A stretch of DNA of 64,000 bases from Polyangiales bacterium (GTDB lineage Bacteria; Myxococcota_A; Polyangia; Polyangiales; Polyangiaceae). Shown piece after piece: positions 42,410 to 51,056 of the stretch. The notes under the pieces are model-generated. The model worked only from the letters and a program-made list of their open reading frames with translations, searched no databases and had not been told where the DNA came from. Where the stretch lies: positions 1-64,000 of the forward strand of contig JBBRNJ010000039.1 in assembly GCA_038230375.1 (NCBI GenBank). The letters run 5' to 3'. Position numbers and translations under genes: made by a program. Every line of letters starts with the position of its first letter. Within the stretch, counting starts at the first letter, position 1.

Positions 42410-44446
42410 GTGTTGCCCGAGGTCGTCACGCAGAAGCTTCTGAGCCTGCCCGCCCAGCCAGGCGTCTACCTGTTCAAGGACAGGAAGGGCGTCGTGGTCT
42501 ACGTGGGCAAGGCCAAGAGCCTCCGCTCGCGCGTGAGGAGCTACTTCCAGCCCGGCACCTCCGACGTGCGCTTCTTCATTCCTTTCCTGGAGAAGACGGT
42601 CGGCGATCTCGAGACCATCGTCACGCTGACCGAGAAGGAAGCGCAGATCCTCGAGAACAGCCTCATCAAGCAGCATCAGCCGCGCTACAACGTGAAGCTG
42701 CGCGACGACAAGGAGTACCTGTCGGTGCGCCTCTCGCTCGCGGACGAATGGCCGCGCCTCTCGCTCGTTCGCAAGGCCAAGGCGGACGGTGCGCGCTACT
42801 TCGGGCCATACCACTCGGCCACCGCGGCGCGTCGCACGCTGCACCTCGTGAACAAACACTTCCAGCTGCGCACGTGCACGGACTCCGACATGGCGTCGCG
42901 CAAGCGCCCCTGCCTGCAGCACCAGATCAAGAGGTGCCCCGCGCCGTGCGTGTACGAGGTGAGCCACGACTTCTACGACGACCAGGTCCACGCCGTGGCC
43001 ATGTTCCTTGCCGGCAAACACGACGAGCTGTCGCGCGAGCTTTTGGGCAAGATGAAGAGCTCGGTGGAGAGCCTCTCGTTCGAGCTCGCTGCGGTCTATC
43101 GCGATCAGCTCAACGCGATCGAGAAGGTGCGGCAGGCGCAGCGCGTGGTCACCACGGACCTGACCGATCGCGACGTGTTCGGCATCCATCGCGAAGCGGA
43201 GATCGCCGAGGTCGCCATCCTCCACGTGCGCTCGGGTCGGCTGTCGGACGTGTCGGGCATCTCGCTGCGCGGCATCGAGATCCCGGACGAGGAGCTCTTG
43301 TCCGGCGTGATCGTGCAGCACTACGCGCGCGACGTGGAAGGCGAAGGCGCGATCGGGCACATGCCGAGCGAGCTGCTGTTGCCAGTGCTCCCCGAAGCGT
43401 CGGCGGGGCTCTCCGAGTATCTCTCCGAGGTCTGTGGTCACAAGGTGGCGCTCGTGGAGCCCCAGCGCGGGCCGCGCGCGCGCCTGCTGGAGATGGCCGC
43501 GGAGCAGGCGAAGCACCTCTTTGCGGAGAAGCGCCGCGCGTCGGACGACGTGCTCGAGCGGCTCGGTCAGATCAAGGAGAAGCTGCGCCTCCCGACGCTG
43601 CCGCGGCGCATCGAGTGCTGCGACATCTCGCATCTCGGAGGCGGCGACACCGTCGGCGCGATCGTCGCTCTGAAGGACGGCGAGCCGGACAAGACGCGTT
43701 ACCGCACCTTCAACGTGAAGACCGTGGGCTCGGCGGCTGGCGAAGAGGGGCGGCTGGGCGACGACTACGGGGCGATGTACGAGGTGCTCGCGCGACGATT
43801 TCGGCGGGCTACTTCGCCCAACTCCGTGCGCGTGGTCGAGGCGAAGGTGGAGGTTCCGGGAGAGGCGAAGGTGGAAGGTGAGGGTGAGGCGAAGGTCGAG
43901 GGGAAGGAGGATGCCGACGCGAAGGAGTGGGACCTGCCGGATCTTTTTGTCGTGGATGGTGGACGTGGGCAGCTTGCTGTGGCGCTGGCCGCTGCTCGGG
44001 ATCTAGGCCTGCACGATCTTCCGATCGTCGCGCTCGCGAAGGAGAAGGAGAACGTGCTCGGCGACACCCTCGTCGATCGCGTCTACCTGCCGGGACAGAA
44101 GAACCCGATCCCGCTCCGCAGCCACTCCTCTTCGCTGTTCTTCCTGGCGCGCGCCCGTGACGAGGCGCACCGCTTCTCGAACTTTGCTCGCGAGCGCCTG
44201 GGGAAGAAGAAGCGCATCCGCTCCGGCCTCGAAGACGTGAAGGGCATTGGCCCCGTGGTCCGGAAGTCCATCCTCCGCGCCCTCGGTGGTCTCACCTCGA
44301 TCGCAGGTGCAACGGATGCGCAGCTGCTCGCGATCCAGGGCGTCACGCCACGACATGTGAAGGCGCTCCGCGTGCATCTCGCGCAGCATCCGCCGGTGTC
44401 GCGCCAGCCCCGCAGTGCCAACGACGAGCCCGAGGTTGCCAACTGA
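42410..44446 (+). CDS. uvrC: Excinuclease ABC subunit C
   Basis: PGVY..YVGKAKSLRSRV GIY-YIG, IECCDISH, DGGRGQ, RDEAHRF, HhH GIGP. Confidence 0.97.
   Translation: MLPEVVTQKLLSLPAQPGVYLFKDRKGVVVYVGKAKSLRSRVRSYFQPGTSDVRFFIPFLEKTVGDLETIVTLTEKEAQILENSLIKQHQPRYNVKLRDDKEYLSVRLSLADEWPRLSLVRKAKADGARYFGPYHSATAARRTLHLVNKHFQLRTCTDSDMASRKRPCLQHQIKRCPAPCVYEVSHDFYDDQVHAVAMFLAGKHDELSRELLGKMKSSVESLSFELAAVYRDQLNAIEKVRQAQRVVTTDLTDRDVFGIHREAEIAEVAILHVRSGRLSDVSGISLRGIEIPDEELLSGVIVQHYARDVEGEGAIGHMPSELLLPVLPEASAGLSEYLSEVCGHKVALVEPQRGPRARLLEMAAEQAKHLFAEKRRASDDVLERLGQIKEKLRLPTLPRRIECCDISHLGGGDTVGAIVALKDGEPDKTRYRTFNVKTVGSAAGEEGRLGDDYGAMYEVLARRFRRATSPNSVRVVEAKVEVPGEAKVEGEGEAKVEGKEDADAKEWDLPDLFVVDGGRGQLAVALAAARDLGLHDLPIVALAKEKENVLGDTLVDRVYLPGQKNPIPLRSHSSSLFFLARARDEAHRFSNFARERLGKKKRIRSGLEDVKGIGPVVRKSILRALGGLTSIAGATDAQLLAIQGVTPRHVKALRVHLAQHPPVSRQPRSANDEPEVAN
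43838..43909 (+). repeat. 3 x 24-bp in-frame repeat (EAKVExxx) within uvrC
   Basis: gaggcgaaggtSga at 43838, 43862 and 43886. Confidence 0.85.
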
Positions 44447-44515
44447 GTTGACTGCTGGGCGACCGGCGGTGCTGACAAACCGCGGGGAATCTTCAGGTGG
44501 CGTGGCGTGCACCGG

Positions 44516-44531
44516 CGGCACGGGCCATGCT
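44516..44531 (+). promoter_or_regulatory. sigma54-type -24/-12 promoter
   Basis: CGGCACGGGCCATGCT, GG-N10-GC spacing, about 87 nt before ATG 44618. Confidence 0.45.
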
Positions 44532-44617
44532 ACGCTGTTGACGCTACTCCGCTGCGAGCCGTCCATGATAGGTTCGCCGCCGCGTGTGTAAACGAAGCTG
44601 AACGTGGAGCGAATCCA

Positions 44618-47101
44618 ATGATCGTTGCGAAGAGCCCTGTGACCAAGGCCACCAAGTTCTTGCTTGTGAGCACGGCGTGCGCGCTGATGGGTGGAGCCGT
44701 CTTCGGCTGCCTCAGCCGCCCCGTCGCCAAGCAGGACCCCACCACGAAGGTGAACTTCACGACGAACGTCGCGCAGAAAGCGGTCGACAAGATCGACCTG
44801 CTGATGGCCGTCGACAACTCGGCCTCCATGCTCGACAAGCAGCAGTTCCTGGGAGAGGCCGTCCCCGACCTCCTGAACCGTCTGCTCACGCCGAACTGCG
44901 TGAACTCCGTGACCGCCGTTGCGACCGGCGCGGCCGCGGACCTCTCCAAGCCCGATGGTTCGCAGTGCCCCTCTGGCAGCGAGCCCGAGTTCAAGCCGAT
45001 CAGCGACATCCACATTGCCATCGTCTCCTCCTCGCTCGGCGCATTCGGCGACAAGAACGTCTGCTCGGACGACGCGCCCTTGAACGATCACGGTCACATC
45101 CTCTCGCGCACGGCCATGGGTACCTCCGCCGACGCCCCCGCCGGCTTCCTTGCGTGGTTCCCGGATGTCGAGGCGAACAAGACGAAGGTGGCGCCGGCGA
45201 AGCCCATCAAGGTTCCCGCGACGATCATCAAGGACTTCCAGGATCTCGTCCTCGGCGTCGGCCAGACCGGCTGCGGTCTCGAAGCGCAGCTCGAGAGCTT
45301 CTATCACTTCCTCATCCAGCCCGATCCGTGGAACACCATCACCATCGGCGGTGACAACGTCGCGCACTACACCGGTGTCGACGAGACCATCCTCGCGCAG
45401 CGCGCCGCGTTCCTGCGTCCGGACTCGCTGCTCGCCATCGTCATGCTCTCGGACGAGGACGACTCCTTCTCCGATCCGCTGTCGGTCGGCGGCGAAGGCT
45501 GGGCCTTCTCGGTCTCCAGCTTCCCGCAGAGCTCGCAGCAGCGCTCCGGCGGCAACGGCACCACGGCGCCGCTTCCCACCACGGCGTGCACCAAGAACGC
45601 GACCGACCCGGCATGCACCACGTGCGGCTTCGCGAAGGGCTGCAACGGCTCGGATCCCGCGTGCGCGGCGATCAAGAACGACCCGAACTGCAAGAGCGCG
45701 AACGGCGGCTACTACGCCGGCGATGACGACAGCCTCAACGTCCGCTTCTTCCACATGAAGCAGCGCTTCGGCATCGACCCGCAGTACCCGATCGGCCGCT
45801 ACACGCAGGGCCTCACCGGCAAGAAGGTGCCTTTCAGCACCGAGGAGCACAACAACGCCGGCGTCTACCAGGTCGGCGGCGGCTCGTGCGTGAACCCGAT
45901 CTTCGCCTCCACGCTCCCGAACAGCCTTGCGGCGGCCACCGCCAACGCGCCCGCGAAGGACGCGAACGGCAAGCCCCTGTCCGACGCGGACCGTCAGAAG
46001 TCCGGCCTCTGCAACCTGCCGCAGGGCGTCCGTGACGCGAAGCTCGTCTTCTTTGCCGACATCGGCGGCGTCCCGAACGAGCTCCTCCACTTTGATCCGA
46101 CCAGCCCCGAGAAGAGCAAGATCTCAGGCAACGACTGGGTGAAGATCCTCGGCAAGGACCCGTCCAAGTTCGACTTCGGTGGAATCGACCCGCACATGAT
46201 CCAGTCGATCGACGCGCGGTCAGGGCTCCCGCCCGCGAGCGCCACCTCCGGCGACAACGGCACGGACACGGTCAGCGGTCGCGAGTGGGACACGAAGAAG
46301 AACGACCTCCAGTACGCGTGTACGTTCCCGCTTCCCATGGCGCAATTCAAGACCTGCGCAAAGGCAGGCGACGCGAACTGCTCCGACTGTGACGGCACGA
46401 AGAACCCCCCGCTCTGCGGCACCAGCAACCTCCAGCAGGTCCGCGCAAAGGCGTACCCCACGGTCCGTCAGCTCGCGCTCGTGCACTCGCTCAACGACCA
46501 GGGCATCGCCGCCTCGCTCTGCCCGCGCACCAAGGGGCTGAAGGGCGTCGAGCTCGAGGACGCGATCGTCAACGGCTCGCCCAACCCGCTCTACGGCTAC
46601 CGTCCCGCAGTCAAGTCGATCGTCGACCGCCTGAAGGACGCGCTCACGGAGCAGTGCCTGCCCGAGCAGCTCACGCTCGACCCCACCCTCAAGGCTCCGT
46701 GCCTCATTCTCGCGACGCTCCCCACGGCCGGTCCGGAGAGCGACTGCACGAAGGTGAAGGGCCTCACCATTCCGTCGCCGGAGATCCTCACCAAGTTCCA
46801 GCAGGCAGAGGTCGAGTCGGCCGGTGGTGACGCCGGTGCGCTCCTGAAGTTCCCGGTCTGCGTACTCGACGAGATCCCGATCAAGCCCGGTGACACCTGC
46901 AAGACCACGCAGGACGTTGGTTGGTGCTACGTGCAGAACAGCGGTTCGGCCACGCCGGCCGGTCGCTGCCCGCAAGCCATCATCTTCACGTCCGGAACCG
47001 ATCAGCAGATCAAGGGAGCCAACTACAGCCTCCAGTGCATCCAGCAGTTCGGCAGCGGAACCGCTGCGGGCGACAACCCGGGCACCCCCGACGGCGGCTG
47101 A
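44618..47101 (+). CDS. Cys-rich vWA-domain lipoprotein (myxobacterial adhesin-like)
   Basis: Lipobox VFGC, KIDLLMAVDNSASM (MIDAS), GCGLEAQLE, FLRPDSLL..LSDEDD. Confidence 0.8.
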   Translation: MIVAKSPVTKATKFLLVSTACALMGGAVFGCLSRPVAKQDPTTKVNFTTNVAQKAVDKIDLLMAVDNSASMLDKQQFLGEAVPDLLNRLLTPNCVNSVTAVATGAAADLSKPDGSQCPSGSEPEFKPISDIHIAIVSSSLGAFGDKNVCSDDAPLNDHGHILSRTAMGTSADAPAGFLAWFPDVEANKTKVAPAKPIKVPATIIKDFQDLVLGVGQTGCGLEAQLESFYHFLIQPDPWNTITIGGDNVAHYTGVDETILAQRAAFLRPDSLLAIVMLSDEDDSFSDPLSVGGEGWAFSVSSFPQSSQQRSGGNGTTAPLPTTACTKNATDPACTTCGFAKGCNGSDPACAAIKNDPNCKSANGGYYAGDDDSLNVRFFHMKQRFGIDPQYPIGRYTQGLTGKKVPFSTEEHNNAGVYQVGGGSCVNPIFASTLPNSLAAATANAPAKDANGKPLSDADRQKSGLCNLPQGVRDAKLVFFADIGGVPNELLHFDPTSPEKSKISGNDWVKILGKDPSKFDFGGIDPHMIQSIDARSGLPPASATSGDNGTDTVSGREWDTKKNDLQYACTFPLPMAQFKTCAKAGDANCSDCDGTKNPPLCGTSNLQQVRAKAYPTVRQLALVHSLNDQGIAASLCPRTKGLKGVELEDAIVNGSPNPLYGYRPAVKSIVDRLKDALTEQCLPEQLTLDPTLKAPCLILATLPTAGPESDCTKVKGLTIPSPEILTKFQQAEVESAGGDAGALLKFPVCVLDEIPIKPGDTCKTTQDVGWCYVQNSGSATPAGRCPQAIIFTSGTDQQIKGANYSLQCIQQFGSGTAAGDNPGTPDGG

Positions 47102-47140
47102 GGCGCCCCAGGAAAACCGCCTGATGGGCGTCGCGCGCGC

Positions 47141-47833
47141 GTGACCACGCCGAAGAAGACGATCCTCGTCGTGGACGACGAGCCCCATATCGTGATGGGG
47201 CTCCGCGACGCGCTCGAGTTCGAAGGCTTCCGCGTGGTCGCCGCCACGAGGGGCCGCGAGGGGATCGCGGTGGCCAAAGCAGAGGTCCCGGACGCCGTCG
47301 TGCTGGACCTGATGCTGCCAGACATGAACGGCTACGCAGTGTGCGAGGAGCTACGGCGCTTCAACGCGTTCGTGCCGATCATCATGCTCACCGCGCGGTC
47401 GCAAGAGACCGACAAGATCCGCGGGCTCGATGCGGGCGCAGACGACTACGTCACCAAGCCGTTCAGCGTGGGCGAGCTCATCGCCCGCATTCGAGCCATC
47501 TTCCGTCGCGCCACACGCGCAGGCGTGACTCCCGATCTCGTGGAGTTCGGCGAGGTGAAGGTGAACTTCGGCGCGCACACCGTGGCCGCACTGGGCCAGG
47601 AGCACCAGCTCTCGTTCTACGAGGTGGAGCTACTCCGTCTCCTCCACGAGCGCGCAGGCCAACCCGTGAGCCGCGACGAGATCCTCCAGAAGGTGTGGGG
47701 CCTGGAGGCAAACCCCACGAACCGCACCGTCGACAACTTCATCGTGAAGCTGCGAAAGAAAATTGAGAAAGCCCCAGACAAGCCAGCCCACATCCTGACC
47801 GTCTACGGCTTCGGCTACAAACTAGTGGTCTGA
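47141..47833 (+). CDS. OmpR-family response regulator (no adjacent kinase)
   Basis: VVDDE, LDLMLP, LTAR, GADDYVTKPF, winged helix RTVDNFI..LRKK..TVYGFGY. Confidence 0.95.
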   Translation: MTTPKKTILVVDDEPHIVMGLRDALEFEGFRVVAATRGREGIAVAKAEVPDAVVLDLMLPDMNGYAVCEELRRFNAFVPIIMLTARSQETDKIRGLDAGADDYVTKPFSVGELIARIRAIFRRATRAGVTPDLVEFGEVKVNFGAHTVAALGQEHQLSFYEVELLRLLHERAGQPVSRDEILQKVWGLEANPTNRTVDNFIVKLRKKIEKAPDKPAHILTVYGFGYKLVV

Positions 47834-47840
47834 GGTTCAG

Positions 47841-47912
47841 GTCGCGGTCGCGGTCCAAGTCGAGGTCGAGGTCGAGGTCGAAGTCGAAGTCGAAGTCGAA
47901 GTCGAAGTCGAA
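47841..47912 (+). repeat. 12 tandem hexamers, consensus GTCGAR
   Basis: gtcgcg x2, gtccaa, gtcgag x3, gtcgaa x6; between convergent genes. Confidence 0.92.
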
Positions 47913-47916
47913 CTCC

Positions 47917-49023
47917 TCACCTGACGAAGATGACTTCCACGCGCGCGTTCTTCGCTCTCCTCGCCGCGTCCTTGTGATCGAACAGCGGCAGGCGCGCCTG
48001 CGCGAGCTCCAGCTTCACCTTGGCGCGCTCCGCTCCCCCGGAGACCAGCGCGGCGACAGCGAGCTCTCCCTTCGCCTTGTCGGCGTCCGCGCTCGCCGGG
48101 TCCTTGTCGTCGTGGATGACCAGCTCTACGCCGACCTTCTCCTCGCGCGCGATGCGCCCAAGCTCGGTGAGCTTCTGGTTCGCGGCGGCACCTAGACGCG
48201 CGCCTTCGAACGCACCGGTCAGCGTGACCGCCACGCCTTGCTCGGCGCGGCTCGGCGCGAACCCTGCGGCACCAAGGCTTGTCAGCAGCGCGTCGTTGGC
48301 GCTGCCCGCGCGCACCTCGTCCTTGCGCGCGTGCTCCAGCACGGAGAGGCAGCGAACGCGGACGCGCGCGGCCTTGTCGAGCTCCTGACCAGCGGTCAGT
48401 CCCTGCGCTCCGGTCGCGCTTGCTTCGCGTTCGAGCGACGTGATGTCGGCCTCCGCCTGCGTGGCCTCGTCATCGGTCGCTCCGATGAGCCGCGCGGCAG
48501 TGCACAAGAGCCGCGCCTCCGCCTCGAGCGACTTCGCCGCCGCACGTCGTGCCTGATCTCGCTCCGGAGACGCCGGGCCGCTCGGCGCTGGGAACGCCTT
48601 CTCGCGCGCGATGCGCAGCTTCACGTCGAGCTCTTCCGACGTGCGCGTCAGATCGCGGCGCGTCTTCTCCAGCGACTCCCGCTCCGTCTGCGCGTTCGTG
48701 GCCTGGCGGTCCGCGTCCAGCGCGTTGGCCTGTGCCCGCGCAAGCCGGCCCTGCACGCGCGCCCGGTAGAACAGGGCCTGCGCGGTCTCCGCGTGGATGC
48801 TCGCGCCGGTCTCGTCGCCCTCGGCGATCTGCGCGCGCGCACGTGCGATCTCTTCGTCACCCTGGGCAAAGATCTGCGGCGCCTGGGCCTTGGCATCTGC
48901 CATGTCGGCGCCGTCGCGGACGCGGCGTGCATCCGTGGTGACGTCCTTCGCGGGGGGCGCGTGCGTCGCGCATGCCGCGAGCAGCATCGTGGAACCAAGG
49001 AGCGCGAGCGCAAAGTTCCTCAC
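47917..49023 (-). CDS. Coiled-coil lipoprotein with degenerate OmpA-like C-terminal domain
   Basis: Lipobox LAAC, Ala-rich helices, GVAVTL...KNARVEVIF. Confidence 0.65.
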   Translation of the reverse strand: MRNFALALLGSTMLLAACATHAPPAKDVTTDARRVRDGADMADAKAQAPQIFAQGDEEIARARAQIAEGDETGASIHAETAQALFYRARVQGRLARAQANALDADRQATNAQTERESLEKTRRDLTRTSEELDVKLRIAREKAFPAPSGPASPERDQARRAAAKSLEAEARLLCTAARLIGATDDEATQAEADITSLEREASATGAQGLTAGQELDKAARVRVRCLSVLEHARKDEVRAGSANDALLTSLGAAGFAPSRAEQGVAVTLTGAFEGARLGAAANQKLTELGRIAREEKVGVELVIHDDKDPASADADKAKGELAVAALVSGGAERAKVKLELAQARLPLFDHKDAARRAKNARVEVIFVR

Positions 49024-49625
49024 GGCGCACCTCCATCCTTCTTGGCCTTCGGAGCAGGCGGCGCGGGTGGCGCCTTCGGCATGCGCGCGCCACCGTCCGT
49101 TCCAACCAGCATCGCGCCGCCCAGCTTCGCTGACGGATCCTTGGCCTCACGTTCGAGCTGCTCGAGCTCCGCGCGAAGCCGCCCATTCTGCAGCATCGTC
49201 TCCTCGACGAGCGCGCGTTCACGATCCGCTTGCGCGCCTGCGTCGATCGCCGCACGCCGACGGTCGTCCGCGACCGCTTCCTGATCCGACGTCTTCACGA
49301 GATCCTCTGCCGCTGCGAGCCATGCTGCAGCCGCGCGGTCCGACAGCTTCGCGTGCACCTCGTCGCCGGCGGCCCGGAAACGCTTGCTTCGCTCGATGGC
49401 CGCGCGAGCCTTGTCGCGTGCCTCGCCCGTGATCACCGCGTGCGCCGCATCTGCGTCGAGCGCGCCGAGACGCGCCTCAGGCGGCTGACCGTCCGAGGCC
49501 TGTGCGGCTCCCGACGCGGCGAAGGCCACTGCGAGAGCAAGCGAAGCCGCCAGCACGAGCACGGAAAGCAGGGCGCGTGCCCGGGTGGTGGCGCGTGGCA
49601 GGCGTGGGGCGCGGGGCATGCTCAT
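49020..49625 (-). CDS. Secreted coiled-coil hypothetical protein
   Basis: Signal peptide; GTGA overlap with the downstream gene. Confidence 0.65.
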   Translation of the reverse strand: MSMPRAPRLPRATTRARALLSVLVLAASLALAVAFAASGAAQASDGQPPEARLGALDADAAHAVITGEARDKARAAIERSKRFRAAGDEVHAKLSDRAAAAWLAAAEDLVKTSDQEAVADDRRRAAIDAGAQADRERALVEETMLQNGRLRAELEQLEREAKDPSAKLGGAMLVGTDGGARMPKAPPAPPAPKAKKDGGAP

Positions 49626-49750
49626 CTCGGTGCACTGTATAGCTACATAAAGGAAGTGCTGGAAGGTGGGATAATCACTCCTTTCGTTCGTGTCTCACGC
49701 GTCGTTACCACTCGCTCCACCAAGCCAGGGATGGCACATCCACGGCCACG

Positions 49751-50956
49751 ATGAAAAACGCCGCGCTCGTCGGGTTCGTTGCTCTTGGTGCTCTGGTCAT
49801 GGCGTGCTCCTCCGCAGGACGCACCAGCGGTTTCGACTCCGCGCAGGAGACGAACGGCACCGACCCGGGTGGAACCGGCGACGGGACCTCCGGTGAGGGC
49901 GGCGCATCCCCAGGCTTCGGCAGCGGCGGCGCGGACGCAGGGCCCAAGCAGGGCTACTGCATGTTCCAGGACGCCACCGACCACGACGGCGACGGCTACT
50001 CCTTCAACGACGGCGATTGCAACGACTGCGATGCGAACGCAAACCCCGGCGCGCTCGATGTCGCCGGCAACATGGTCGACGAGGACTGCAACGGCCTGGC
50101 CGACGACGAGCCGGCGAACTGTGACGTTGGTCTCGCGGTTGGCTCCGCGGCCGCGATGGATGGCGCGAAGGCGATCGGCCTCTGCCGCACGGCCACGGCC
50201 GGTGCCACCGGCAAGGCAAAGACGTGGGGTGTCATCTCCGCGAAGTACATGCTGCCGGACGGCGCGAACGAGAAGGAGCCCAAAGGCCATGGCCTGCTCG
50301 CGTCGCTCGGCGTCAACAACCCGAAGGACGGCAAGGCGATGCTTTCGCTCTCCTCGGGCAATGCGCAGGGCGCGAACCCCGCGCTCCTGAAGGGCTACAC
50401 CAGCGGCGCGCCCGCCGGCTACCCGAAGGAGTCGCCTGCGTGCCCCGGCACCAAGACGGGCACCCCGAACGACGGCGAGGCACTCGAGCTCGTCATCCGC
50501 GTGCCGACCAACGCGAAGTCGTTCTCCTACCAGGAGAACTTCTTCACGACCGAGTTCCCGATCTACATCTGCAGCACGTACAACGACTTCTTCGTCGCCA
50601 TGCTCACGCCCACGCCCACGGGCCTGGCGGACGGCAACATCGCGTTCGATCAGAACAACAACCCGATCAGCGTGAACAACAGCCTGCTCCAGGTCTGTTC
50701 GCCGCAGAGCGCAGGAGGGAAGATGTTCCCGTGCCCCCTCGGCAACAGCACGCTCTCGGGCACTGGCTTCACCGGCCATGCCGCCACGGGCTGGCTCCAG
50801 ACGCAGGCCCCCGTGAAGCCCGGCCAGGAGATCACCCTCCGCTTCGCCATCTGGGACTCGGGCGACGGCGCGCTCGACTCGACCGTCCTCATCGACAAGT
50901 TCCAGTGGTCCGCAGACGCGGCGACGCAGGCCAGCACCGCGCCCGCGCCGAAGTGA
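49751..50956 (+). CDS. Lipoprotein with Asp/Cys metal-binding repeat and choice-of-anchor L-like domain
   Basis: Lipobox VMAC, DHDGDG..DCNDCD..NPGA..DEDCNG, FFTTEFP..YNDFF, DSTVLID. Confidence 0.78.
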   Translation: MKNAALVGFVALGALVMACSSAGRTSGFDSAQETNGTDPGGTGDGTSGEGGASPGFGSGGADAGPKQGYCMFQDATDHDGDGYSFNDGDCNDCDANANPGALDVAGNMVDEDCNGLADDEPANCDVGLAVGSAAAMDGAKAIGLCRTATAGATGKAKTWGVISAKYMLPDGANEKEPKGHGLLASLGVNNPKDGKAMLSLSSGNAQGANPALLKGYTSGAPAGYPKESPACPGTKTGTPNDGEALELVIRVPTNAKSFSYQENFFTTEFPIYICSTYNDFFVAMLTPTPTGLADGNIAFDQNNNPISVNNSLLQVCSPQSAGGKMFPCPLGNSTLSGTGFTGHAATGWLQTQAPVKPGQEITLRFAIWDSGDGALDSTVLIDKFQWSADAATQASTAPAPK

Positions 50957-51056
50957 GCGCGACCACCTGGGGACGGGGGCGGCCACCTCAGCTAACGGCT
51001 CCGTAATGCTTTCGGGTCGCCTCCATGCGTCCAACGTGCGACAATAGGCGGGACCC

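Noticed and set aside
49732..49747. sigma54-like TGGCAC-N-GC upstream of the 49751 gene
   Set aside because: Poor -12 element, and the implied start site would fall inside the CDS
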